Notes: generated from the letters alone by a model not told the origin. Counted from the stretch's first letter, positions 8,084-17,116 are shown. The stretch: 25,858 bases of DNA from an uncultured archaeon (GCA_964510585.1 CAZECW010000063.1:1-25858), one strand, 5' to 3'. Translations and numbers: made by a program.

Positions 8084-9247
8084 TTATTTTGTCTTTTTGG
8101 GAATTACTAGTTTTTCCAGTTCTCTTGGAAACTTGGTGAGTAGTTCGTAGCCATTCTTTTTGACAAGCACTGTGTCGGAGTGTCTTACTCCGCCGTAGCC
8201 ATGAAGGTAGACTCCGGGTTCTATGCTTATAATCATGTTTTCTTTGAGAGGTTTATCGTATCCTTCAGCTATCCATGGTGCTTCGTGGGTTCCTATGCCT
8301 ATGCCGTGTCCGGTTCTGTGGAGGAGATTTTCTCTGTAGCCCTTCTCAACTAAATAATTCTTGGCTGCGAGGTCAATCTCTGAGCACAGTGCACCCTCTC
8401 TGACCATTTCTAGGGCTCTGGAGCGAGCCTCCATTACGTCCTCAAAGATTTTCTTGGCCTTTTCTTCGACGCTTGTCGCAAAAAATGTTCTTTCACACTC
8501 ACCAGAATAGCCGTCCGCCTGAACCGTAGCCAGGGCCACATTGGGCAGACCCGCCTTTATCACATCAAAGGGTCCGGGTGCTCTGTGAGGCATTGAAGAT
8601 ATGGGCGCAGGCCACACCGCCGCAGTGCTCCCAGTCACCATCAAGTTTGCGTTGGGAATTTTGCCTAGAACCTTCATGTAAACCTCGGTACTCACATTAG
8701 CTATAGCCATAAGGGCGATGACTCCCTCTCCAGAGTTCCCTATTAAAACCTCTACTGCCCTGTCAGCCACTTCGGAGGCGAATCTAATCTTTTCGACTTC
8801 CTTCTCAGATTTAGTCAGCCTTAAATCCTCCACCAAGTCCTTTGCCACCACCTCTGGCAAATATCTCAAATAGTTTAGGGGCAGACTGGTTTCCACGCCG
8901 AGACTGGTGTAGCCTTTCAGTATATCTCTTAATGCTTTAAACCAGCTCTCATTCTCTTTCGCTGGAAACTCCCAGTAGGAACGCACTTCCCCAACCACAG
9001 CCACTTCTCGGGCGTGTCCCTCCTCAAGCTTGGGAACAAGCAAAATTGGCGAGTCACCCTTTGGCACAACCATAAAAAATGGGCGCTCATAGGGGCGATA
9101 GGCAAGTCCAGTCAGATAATAAAAATTCTCCACGTTACTCACAAGGTAAGCGTCCAACTTTTCCTGTTCCAGTTTCTCCTGAAGATTCTTAACCCTACCA
9201 GCCAGTTCATCCCTTGATATCTCCAAAAATATCACCCTTACACTCAT
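8084..9247 (-). CDS. M24 (Xaa-Pro peptidase/creatinase-like) family protein
   Basis: Creatinase-type N-domain (LDAYLVSNVENFYYLTG), plus LRLTKSEKE, HRTGHGIG, HEAP, ISIEPG and GGVRHSDTV. Start is ATG 9247 or the TTG just after GGTGA. Confidence 0.9.
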   Translation of the reverse strand: MSVRVIFLEISRDELAGRVKNLQEKLEQEKLDAYLVSNVENFYYLTGLAYRPYERPFFMVVPKGDSPILLVPKLEEGHAREVAVVGEVRSYWEFPAKENESWFKALRDILKGYTSLGVETSLPLNYLRYLPEVVAKDLVEDLRLTKSEKEVEKIRFASEVADRAVEVLIGNSGEGVIALMAIANVSTEVYMKVLGKIPNANLMVTGSTAAVWPAPISSMPHRAPGPFDVIKAGLPNVALATVQADGYSGECERTFFATSVEEKAKKIFEDVMEARSRALEMVREGALCSEIDLAAKNYLVEKGYRENLLHRTGHGIGIGTHEAPWIAEGYDKPLKENMIISIEPGVYLHGYGGVRHSDTVLVKKNGYELLTKFPRELEKLVIPKKTK

Positions 9248-9553
9248 TACTCCCAAAAACAAGTCATATTCTACGTGCACAAATATAAAAATTATCATCA
9301 AGGGAATACACCCAAAAATTCTCCCAATGATATTCTATTTATACCATAGCTAAAAGTAAATGTGCTGTTAGACATATGATCCATTTGGTTATGATCAGCG
9401 GCTACCACAGCCAGTTCGCCTATGCTATTTGCATTAGTGAATGGGGAACTGTCCGACAGTAACATGACTCAAACCTAGAAGGAAGGAATACTCCAATTTT
9501 TTGGATGTGTAAAGAAAAGGGGAAGGTTTAATAGATTTGTTTCTAATAAAAGT

Positions 9554-9814
9554 ATGTTTGAGGCGGTTGTAGTGTTTGAAGATGAGGATATAAAATTTGA
9601 TAGGATTACTATAGATCCTAATGTGATGGGAGGGCAGCCCTGTATCAGGGGATTGAGAATACCGGTAGCGCTTATTGTTCGTTTAGTTGCTAATGGAAAA
9701 ACGTTCAAAGAAATAGTTGAAGACTACCCCGAACTCGAAGAGGATGATGTGAAACAGGCTTTGGAGTATGCTGCGTGGGTCACCACAGAGAAGGTAATTC
9801 CGGTGAAGCCATGA
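9554..9814 (+). CDS. DUF433-family protein (putative antitoxin)
   Basis: RITIDPNVMGGQPCIRGLRIPV...EIVEDYPELEEDDVKQALEYAA. Confidence 0.9.
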   Translation: MFEAVVVFEDEDIKFDRITIDPNVMGGQPCIRGLRIPVALIVRLVANGKTFKEIVEDYPELEEDDVKQALEYAAWVTTEKVIPVKP

Positions 9815-10197
9815 AGTTTCTTGTTGATATGTCTATTTCTCCAAAAACTGTTGAATTCCTGAGGAAGCAGGGCTACGAGGCAGTGAGGGTAAGCGACATG
9901 GGTATGGCGAAATCTAGAGATGAAGAGATATTAGGTTATGCTATTGAGAAGGGTATGGTTCTTATCACCGCAGATCTAGACTTTGGAAACATATTTGCAT
10001 ACACTAAATCCAAGCGTCCCTCAACTATAATTTTCCGCCTGAAAAACCCATCCCCCGAGTTCGTTAATCAAATGTTGCTATTAACGCTACCAAAAATAGT
10101 GGAGCAACTGAAAAAAGGGGTAATTGTTGTAGTAGAAGACAGAAGAATTAGAATAAGGGAACTCCCCATATTTGGAAGAAAAAAGTCTGAATTCTAA
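9811..10197 (+). CDS. DUF5615-family PIN-like protein (putative toxin)
   Basis: MKFLVDMSIS, DEEIL and LITADLDFG. ATGA overlap with the DUF433 stop codon. Confidence 0.88.
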   Translation: MKFLVDMSISPKTVEFLRKQGYEAVRVSDMGMAKSRDEEILGYAIEKGMVLITADLDFGNIFAYTKSKRPSTIIFRLKNPSPEFVNQMLLLTLPKIVEQLKKGVIVVVEDRRIRIRELPIFGRKKSEF

Positions 10198-10600
10198 AAA
10201 TGTACTAACTTGTATAAGCAAAAACGTATACTTCCCGTTTACGGTGAAAAATGGTTTCTTCTGTTTTACTGGGGCAAATTTTTTCTTCTTTTTTGATTTT
10301 ATTTTAAAATTCCTTTTTCGCGGATTTGGGAGTTCTTTAATATAGTTGAAGTTTTCTGTCATTGTGCTTACGATTTTTGAGGGGGCTGGTATGTTGAGCG
10401 GATAAATAATGCGCAATCTCGTCGGAAATATTTGGAGGAACACAATTATCCAAATAGTTGGGAGAATCTTACACTTTATCGAATGAAGTCTTATTTTTGA
10501 TGCACTCTTATCGGCAAGGGGAATTTTAATGTTTGTCGAAAAGTAAATAAGGGTATAGGCTTTTCCCGTGTCCTCTAACGAGTGTGTTCGGTGACGTGTA

Positions 10601-11524
10601 ATGGACAATGAACGGAAGGGTTTCTTTTTTGCTTTATCTGACGTTTTTCTAGCTGGACTGTTTCCGGTGATTACCAAGTATGGTGTGGGTTTTGTGAATC
10701 CCGTGTTTTTCGCAGCGATAAGTGCGCTTTGTGGCGGGGGATTTATGCTCGTAGTTTTAAAATTTAGGGGGGAACTGAAGAAATTGTTTTCGAGGGAGCT
10801 TGTTTTGGGTCTTTTTTTGATAGGGTTCTTTGGAACATTTTGCACTTCTCTTCTCTTTTTCTTTGGTTCCACTATGACCAGTGGGGTGAACTCTTCCATT
10901 CTGCTTCAATCAGAACCAGTTTACTCCATAGTTTTGAGCTACTTCCTCCTAGGAGAGCTGATTCGGAAAAAGCAGATTGCTGTAACCCTCCTCATTCTCT
11001 GCGGAACAATAATCGTTCTCTACAATGGCGTTTTGTCCTTAAATATGGGAGACGTATTGGTACTCTTAACTCCCCTTTTCTGGCAAATTGCACATGTACT
11101 TGGGAGAAAAATATTGGAAAAAACGGGTACCTATGTGGTTACCGCGGGGCGAATCCTTTATGGGGGTTTGCTACTCTTTATTCTGACTCTAATTCCCGGT
11201 TTTGGAGATTTTGGGCTCCTAATTGATGCGGGGATGGTGCTCATATTTGTTTTTCAGGGGATTTTAGCGTTTGCATGTTCAGCCTTGGTGTGGTATGAAG
11301 CCATATCAAGGATAAACTTGTCTAAGGCCACAGCTATTATTGCTCCCTACCCCGTTTTCTCAGTAATTCTTGCCTGGATATTTCTGGGTGAGACGGTATC
11401 CATTTATCAGATGGCAGGTTTAGCAGTGATAGTTGTGGGGATTATTTTTCTTTCAAGGATTCATAGTGAGAGGAGAGGAAAAATGCTGGGAAAAGAAGAA
11501 AAGGTTGCTGAGACTAACCAATAA
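10601..11524 (+). CDS. EamA/DMT-family transporter, copy 1
   Basis: About 10 hydrophobic segments in two EamA repeats (LLQSEPVYSIVLSYFLLGE; PYPVFSVILAWIFLGE). RBS GGTGA upstream. Confidence 0.9.
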   Translation: MDNERKGFFFALSDVFLAGLFPVITKYGVGFVNPVFFAAISALCGGGFMLVVLKFRGELKKLFSRELVLGLFLIGFFGTFCTSLLFFFGSTMTSGVNSSILLQSEPVYSIVLSYFLLGELIRKKQIAVTLLILCGTIIVLYNGVLSLNMGDVLVLLTPLFWQIAHVLGRKILEKTGTYVVTAGRILYGGLLLFILTLIPGFGDFGLLIDAGMVLIFVFQGILAFACSALVWYEAISRINLSKATAIIAPYPVFSVILAWIFLGETVSIYQMAGLAVIVVGIIFLSRIHSERRGKMLGKEEKVAETNQ

Positions 11525-11620
11525 TCCTTGCTGGAATAAATGGTTTCACGGTTTTAGAAAAAGGATAAATAGTGGTGCCACTCTTCTTCACTAATATTTG
11601 TTGGGAAACTGCTTGATCTG

Positions 11621-12592
11621 GTGACTGCGGTGGACGGTGAAAGGAAGGGACTAATTTTTTGTGTGCTGGAAATAATTTTGGCGGGACTGTTTCCAGTTAT
11701 TACCAAGTATGGTGTGGGTTTCGTGAACCCCATTTTTTTCGCGGCGATAAGTGCTCTTGTGGGAGCAGGATTCATGCTTGTAGTTTTGAGACTAAGAGGA
11801 GAGCTAAAAAAACTGTTCACCAGGGAGATTCTGGGAAACTTGTTTTTGATAGGATTTTTTGGAACCTTCCTCTCTTCAATTTTGTTCTTCACAGGCTCAA
11901 ATATGACCAGTGGGGTAAATGCTTCCATTTTGCTTCAAACTGAACCCATATTCTCAATTATTTTGAGTTTTTTCTTTCTGGGTGAATTGATAAGGAAAAA
12001 GCAGGTAGCGGTGACTCTACTAATACTCAGCGGCACCATAATAGTCCTCTACAATGGAGTCCTATCAATAAATGTGGGAGACATTCTCATACTGCTAACC
12101 CCCCTTGCCTGGCAAATAGGCCACGTACTAGCGCGAAAAACTTTTGAAAAGACCAACACCTTCATCGTCGCAGCGGGCAGATTACTTTATGGGGGAATAC
12201 TCCTATTCCTACTATCACTAAACCCCAGCTTCAGACAATACCAACTCTTAACTGACACCGGAATTATCCTACTATTCCTATTCCAAGGAATCATAGTGTA
12301 CATCGGTTCAATAATGGTGTGGTACGAGGCAATAAAGAGAATCAATCTTTCCAAGGCCACCGCCATTATTGCTCCCTATCCAGTTTTCTCAGTGATTCTA
12401 GCATGGATATTCTTAGGAGAAAAGGTTTCCATTTATCAATTGGTGGGACTAGCCATAATAATCGCCGGCATAATCCTGCTATCTAGAATTAGGAGTGAAA
12501 AGAGAGAAAAAAGGCCGAAAGCAGTGATGGACATAGAGGGTCACCCAAGGCTTATGGAGGACAAAAAGTTTACGAAGTACAGCCAAACTTGA
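11621..12592 (+). CDS. EamA/DMT-family transporter, copy 2 (tandem paralog)
   Basis: Colinear with copy 1, with long identical blocks (LAGLFPVITKYGVGFVNP; RINLSKATAIIAPYPVFSVILAWIFLGE). Confidence 0.9.
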   Translation: MTAVDGERKGLIFCVLEIILAGLFPVITKYGVGFVNPIFFAAISALVGAGFMLVVLRLRGELKKLFTREILGNLFLIGFFGTFLSSILFFTGSNMTSGVNASILLQTEPIFSIILSFFFLGELIRKKQVAVTLLILSGTIIVLYNGVLSINVGDILILLTPLAWQIGHVLARKTFEKTNTFIVAAGRLLYGGILLFLLSLNPSFRQYQLLTDTGIILLFLFQGIIVYIGSIMVWYEAIKRINLSKATAIIAPYPVFSVILAWIFLGEKVSIYQLVGLAIIIAGIILLSRIRSEKREKRPKAVMDIEGHPRLMEDKKFTKYSQT

Positions 12593-15063
12593 TCTAGGGG
12601 TATGGGGTTCAGTAAAAGGTAAATGTGCCAGATTACTCCGCCTAAAAATAGGGCAAGCAAAATAGTGACCAGAGAGACAGCCACGGCGTATTTGAGACCC
12701 ATTTCTCGGGATAGCACCACGAATGCTGCCAGGCAAGGGAAGTAGAGGGAAACCACCACGGCATAGACAACCATTTGGGTGGGGGTCAAAAGAAGACCCA
12801 AGTCTGTTATTCCCAGTTTCAGTTGGGAAACTACGAGGAGAGTCTGTACAGTCATCTCTTTGCGCAGCAAGCCGTAAAATAGAGTTACGCTTGTTATGGA
12901 GGGCAATCCTAACCAGTTAGTCATGAATGGTTCCATGGGTTGAATAATGGCGTCTAAAAATCCAAAGAAGGATAAAGCACCCAAAGCCACGCTTCCCATA
13001 ATGATTAGTGGCAGGGCAAGGTACAAAAATTCCCTGAGCCGAATCCAAGTTTTTTGGATAACAGCTCCAAGAGAAGGAACCTGGTACGGTGGCATCTCCA
13101 TCACTAGGCCCTGAGATGTTCCAGGCAGAATCTTGGAGAGAACGAGCCCGCAAACCACAACGACACCCAATATTATGGAATAAACCATTAGGGCATACTG
13201 TATTCCCATATAGTAGGCTACGGAACCCAGTATGACTGATGTCCTAGCAGAGCAAGGAATCAACACTATTAGGAAGGATGCTATTAAACGCTGTTTTCTG
13301 CTCTCCAAAATGCGGGTGCCCATCAAAGCCGGAACATTGCAGCCCAGAGAAGCCAGAAGGGGAATTATGGATTTTCCATGCAAACCAAACCTGTGCATCA
13401 CATTGTCAAGCAGAAAGGCTATCCGGGCAAGGTAACCCGTATCTTCCAAAAGTGCCAGAACTATGTAAAAAGTTAAAATATAGGGAAACGCAATGGCAAA
13501 AACCGCCTGAACCCCCAACACCGCCCCATCAATAACTAGGTTCTTGACCAAAAATGGGTAGGGATAAACCTGAGGCAACCACAACTGAAGCAACAAACCT
13601 TGCTCCGGACCAACGACCTCATATAGAAACCGCGTATACATATCAAAGTAAGTGTATCCCAGCACATTATTCACAAAGGGTGTAACTACATTCTCGAAAA
13701 ATGATGTTATAACTCCCTCCAAAAAGCCCCCGCCGAAAAACAGTAAGGCGAATATTCCCAAAACCACCATCAAAAGGAAGGGTATCCCGGTGTAATAGGA
13801 TAAAGTTATGCTGTCAAGTCTGTCGCGAAGAGTAGGCTTCACAGATTTCTCCACGGTCACCTTTTTTGCTATTTCCCCCGCCAGAGCGTACCTCTCCTTG
13901 GAAATTCGCGTTTCGGGCTTCTCCCCGAACCTCCACTCAATCTCCCTCCTCAATTTGGAAACAAAGTTTCTCAAAGAAGGACTCATCTCACCCTTCATAG
14001 CCAACTCCGCAGCTTTCCAGTCGCCCTCCAAAAGCCACTTAGCAATAACCCGCGCAGAAGCTAACTCTTCGGTGGAAACCTCACGAGTTATTCTCGCCTC
14101 CAATCTTCTAATTAACCGTTCCACATCCAAACTGTAACCAATGTCGCTAAACCTATGCCTATGAGGCACACCCCACCCCATCCTACCCTTGGGAACTTCT
14201 TCTTCTGACTCACTTTCCAACTTGGTTTGCTCTTCTCCCCCCATTTCTGAAATCTCTACTCCTTCTAGTATTCCTCCTCTACGTCTTCTACCAAATCCCC
14301 TAAAGAATCTGATCCTTGGAGTCTCGGTTTCCTTCTTGTGATTAATTTTCTCATTTATTAGTTGCAGTGGTGTTCCTTCCTCGTGAAAATGGTGAACGTC
14401 GTGTAAGTGATCGTGCAAGTGATGCAGTCCATGATGGTGGTACATGTGTTCTTTTTTGTGTTCGATTGTGGCTTCCAGAAGAGCTGCTTCTAATAGTTTT
14501 CTAATGTTCTTACCGTGAATCGCCACCGTAGGAATTACTGGCACACCCAGTATGTCTTCAAGCTTCTTTGCATCTACCAGTATGCCTCTCTTGGCTGCAA
14601 AGTCCACTTGGTTTAAAGCAATAACTACTGGAACATTCAGTTCTAATAATTGAAGGGTGAGGTTCAAGTTGCGCTCCAGATTAAAAGCGTTAACCACATT
14701 TATTATGACGTCAGGTTTCTCCTCAAGTATGGCTCTCACGGCAACCTCCTGATCCTTGGAGGTAGCACCCAGAGAATAGATTCCCGGAAGATCCTTAAAA
14801 ACTACTTTTTGGCCATCGACCTCCATTGTACCCTGCATTACCTCTACCGTGGTTCCCGGATAATTGGAAACAATAACATTAATGCCCGTAAGCTTATTGA
14901 AGATCACAGATTTCCCAACGTTAGGATTGCCCGCCAAATATATTTTTATAGACCTATCTTCTTCTTCCTGCCTTAGACTCTTGGAGAAAAGTTTAACTTG
15001 CCGAGGACCCCAGGCCTCGGCTCTGCCCCGTCCCCAGCGTCTCCTGAATTTCGGCAAAGGCAT
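12541..15063 (-). CDS. feoB: Ferrous iron transporter FeoB with a His/Arg-rich insert
   Basis: G1 GNPNVGKS, G2 NYPGTT, G3 DLPG and G4 NQVD. Membrane motifs LEDTGYLARIAF, SLGCNVPA, IPCSAR, MEMPPY and LYFPCLA. Confidence 0.95.
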   Translation of the reverse strand: MPLPKFRRRWGRGRAEAWGPRQVKLFSKSLRQEEEDRSIKIYLAGNPNVGKSVIFNKLTGINVIVSNYPGTTVEVMQGTMEVDGQKVVFKDLPGIYSLGATSKDQEVAVRAILEEKPDVIINVVNAFNLERNLNLTLQLLELNVPVVIALNQVDFAAKRGILVDAKKLEDILGVPVIPTVAIHGKNIRKLLEAALLEATIEHKKEHMYHHHGLHHLHDHLHDVHHFHEEGTPLQLINEKINHKKETETPRIRFFRGFGRRRRGGILEGVEISEMGGEEQTKLESESEEEVPKGRMGWGVPHRHRFSDIGYSLDVERLIRRLEARITREVSTEELASARVIAKWLLEGDWKAAELAMKGEMSPSLRNFVSKLRREIEWRFGEKPETRISKERYALAGEIAKKVTVEKSVKPTLRDRLDSITLSYYTGIPFLLMVVLGIFALLFFGGGFLEGVITSFFENVVTPFVNNVLGYTYFDMYTRFLYEVVGPEQGLLLQLWLPQVYPYPFLVKNLVIDGAVLGVQAVFAIAFPYILTFYIVLALLEDTGYLARIAFLLDNVMHRFGLHGKSIIPLLASLGCNVPALMGTRILESRKQRLIASFLIVLIPCSARTSVILGSVAYYMGIQYALMVYSIILGVVVVCGLVLSKILPGTSQGLVMEMPPYQVPSLGAVIQKTWIRLREFLYLALPLIIMGSVALGALSFFGFLDAIIQPMEPFMTNWLGLPSITSVTLFYGLLRKEMTVQTLLVVSQLKLGITDLGLLLTPTQMVVYAVVVSLYFPCLAAFVVLSREMGLKYAVAVSLVTILLALFLGGVIWHIYLLLNPIPLDQVWLYFVNFLSSISLG

Positions 15064-15077
15064 TCCACCAAAAGCTT

Positions 15078-15743
15078 TTATGCGGGCTTAACTCGAATCA
15101 GTTTTGCTATATCATGTCCTAAGGCTATTTGGCACTTACCTAAATCCACAAGTACCGGACCATCAAGAGGGGTTTTCTGCACCAATTTTAGCTTCACGCC
15201 GGGAAGTATGCCCAATGAGCATAGTTGATTTAATATTTCAGTTTTCTCATTGGAAATTCTTGTGACCTCAACTATTTGGGATGGTTCCAAATCAGTTAAT
15301 GGCGTGGAATTGTCAGGTTTCACGTTTCCATCAGGATCGGGTATAATGTTTCCATGGGGGCAACTTTCAGGTTTACCGAGGGTATTATCAATTTTGTCCA
15401 CAACATCTTCAGACAGCGCATGTTCGAGTTTGCAAGCCTCGTGATGTGCGTCGCACCAATTAACTCCTACTACGTCTACCAGCAACTTTTCCGCTAGACG
15501 GTGTTTTCGTATCAGAGAGGAGGCAATGCTTCTACCCTTCTCGGTTAGCTTCACTCCTTTGTAAGGCTTGTAGTCAACCAATCCTTTCTTGCTCAAGGGT
15601 CCAGAAATCATCTCTGTCACTGAGGCGGGAGAAATCTTAAGATCCTCAGCTAGAGCTGTGGTTTTTATTCTCTTATTGCCTGCTTCCTCAAGGCGGTAGA
15701 TTCTTTCAAGGTATTCCTCTTCGATGGATGTTGCCTCTGCCAT
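15078..15743 (-). CDS. DtxR/MntR-family metal-dependent repressor with a C-terminal FeoA (SH3-like) domain
   Basis: EEEYLERIY, SPASVTEMI, RKHRLAE, EACKLEHALS, CPHGNIIP and LGILPGVKL. Likely start ATG 15743 after GGAGGTG. Confidence 0.93.
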   Translation of the reverse strand: MAEATSIEEEYLERIYRLEEAGNKRIKTTALAEDLKISPASVTEMISGPLSKKGLVDYKPYKGVKLTEKGRSIASSLIRKHRLAEKLLVDVVGVNWCDAHHEACKLEHALSEDVVDKIDNTLGKPESCPHGNIIPDPDGNVKPDNSTPLTDLEPSQIVEVTRISNEKTEILNQLCSLGILPGVKLKLVQKTPLDGPVLVDLGKCQIALGHDIAKLIRVKPA

Positions 15744-15773
15744 GTTGGACACCTCCACCAGTGTGGACTTGAT

Positions 15774-15821
15774 ATTTAGGCTCTCCTAAATTTTCAGCCA
15801 TAGATTTAGGGTACCCTAAAT
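15774..15821. promoter_or_regulatory. Two palindromic DtxR-type operators (ATTTAGG-N4-CCTAAAT), 30 bp apart
   Basis: 15774-15791 is ATTTAGGCTCTCCTAAAT and 15804-15821 is ATTTAGGGTACCCTAAAT (perfect palindrome). Both lie directly upstream of the DtxR-family gene. Confidence 0.85.
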
Positions 15822-15835
15822 ATTTAAACTTTTCG
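15821..15835 (-). promoter_or_regulatory. Archaeal BRE+TATA promoter of the dtxR-feoB operon
   Basis: The minus strand reads CGAAAAG-TTTAAATA, abutting operator 2. Confidence 0.7.
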
Positions 15836-15979
15836 ATAAACACAATAAACAAAAAGAAACCATAAAAGCTAAAACCTCACACCCATACAAAAAGAATAGC
15901 AGGCACTACTACCCACAATCATAATACCCAGATTTTTATGCTGAGAAAAGCGAACACCCTTATCTAAGTGATTTTAGTG

Positions 15980-16777
15980 CTAGTGTTTTTCTAGAAATTC
16001 AAGAACAGCCCTGTTAAATTCACGCGGCTTTTCAAGGAAGAGGGCGTGTGCACACCCCGGAATTACTTTTAGCTCCGCATTTGGAATTCGAGAAACAATC
16101 TCTTCCGAGTACCAGATGGGAGTGAGAATATCCCTATCTCCCACTATGACTAGGGTCGGGGCAACAATTCCCCCTAGTCTGGCGGTCACGTCGAATTTCT
16201 CTATGGCGTTACACTGGCGGATAAAAGCCTCTGGCGGTTGGGGATATGGATACTCTAGATACCATTTTAGTGATGCGTTTACGAATTCCATGTTTTCAAG
16301 GGTTTCTGGAGTAAAGGTTCGCACAAGCATGTCCTTCAGGAATAATTCTCGGGGTTCAATTTTGACTAACTCTTTCCAGATTGTTAGGGGACTTAAACCC
16401 TTAGATGCTCGGGGGATTGTGCAGGCCAAAATTAAGCTTCTCACCATTTCAGGGTGCATTATAGCGAAGGTCTGAGCAATCATGCCACCCATACTGGCAC
16501 CGAGAATATGGGCTTTTTCTACCCCTAAACGGACTAGGAGATTATAGGTGTCCTGGGCACAGGTTTCAATAGTATAACTGACGTCTGTTTTGGTGGTTCT
16601 TCCTGCATCTCTATTGTCAAATGCGATCACCCGGTACTTTTTGGAGAATTCTGGTATTTGAAACATCCAGCCCAGAACGTCGCCAGTTAGACCCATAATT
16701 AAAACCAGAGGCACCCTGTTTTCTTCCCCATGAATCTCATAATAAATGTCAAGGTCTCCCACTTTTATAGTTGGCAT
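15980..16777 (-). CDS. Alpha/beta-fold hydrolase (enol-lactonase/lipase-like)
   Basis: Nucleophile elbow GASMGG, FDNRDAG, GDRDILTP and HALFLE. Start ATG 16777 after GAGGAGGT. Confidence 0.92.
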   Translation of the reverse strand: MPTIKVGDLDIYYEIHGEENRVPLVLIMGLTGDVLGWMFQIPEFSKKYRVIAFDNRDAGRTTKTDVSYTIETCAQDTYNLLVRLGVEKAHILGASMGGMIAQTFAIMHPEMVRSLILACTIPRASKGLSPLTIWKELVKIEPRELFLKDMLVRTFTPETLENMEFVNASLKWYLEYPYPQPPEAFIRQCNAIEKFDVTARLGGIVAPTLVIVGDRDILTPIWYSEEIVSRIPNAELKVIPGCAHALFLEKPREFNRAVLEFLEKH

Positions 16778-16828
16778 TGAAACCTCCTCACACACATTTT
16801 TGTTGAGGCACTGATTTTTTGTGATCAG

Positions 16829-17116
16829 TTATTTTATGGCTTTTAATTTTTTTTCGGCGGTTGCATCCACGTCTCTTCTGTCGTCTATTCTCAGGGATGT
16901 GGCTACTCTTTTTGCTCCCATTTTGAGAATGGCTTCGTGGGCCATCTTTGTGGCTTTAAATATTTCGTCTAGTGTTTCTGCTTCAATAACTGTGGACATT
17001 GCTCCGGGGGTGACCTTTACTCCCGAATCAATTAGAGCTTTTATTGCTGCCTTAACGTATTTGCTTAGGCTTGTTCCTTCTCCTATGGGGAATGTTGATA
17101 GTTCGGCTATTATCAT
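16829..17116 (-). CDS. MTH1187/YkoF-family thiamine-binding protein
   Basis: MIIAELSTFPIGEGTSLSKYV, GAMSTVIE and LRIDDRRD. Confidence 0.9.
   Translation of the reverse strand: MIIAELSTFPIGEGTSLSKYVKAAIKALIDSGVKVTPGAMSTVIEAETLDEIFKATKMAHEAILKMGAKRVATSLRIDDRRDVDATAEKKLKAIK

Noticed and set aside
10250-10500. Possible pseudogene remnant between DUF5615 and EamA1
   Set aside because: Only short frames broken by stops and a frameshift, with no identifiable family.
10087-10899. 270-aa minus-strand ORF and its counterpart at 11554..11928
   Set aside because: Antisense shadows of the EamA genes, explained by their G/T-rich codon use. No recognisable domain.
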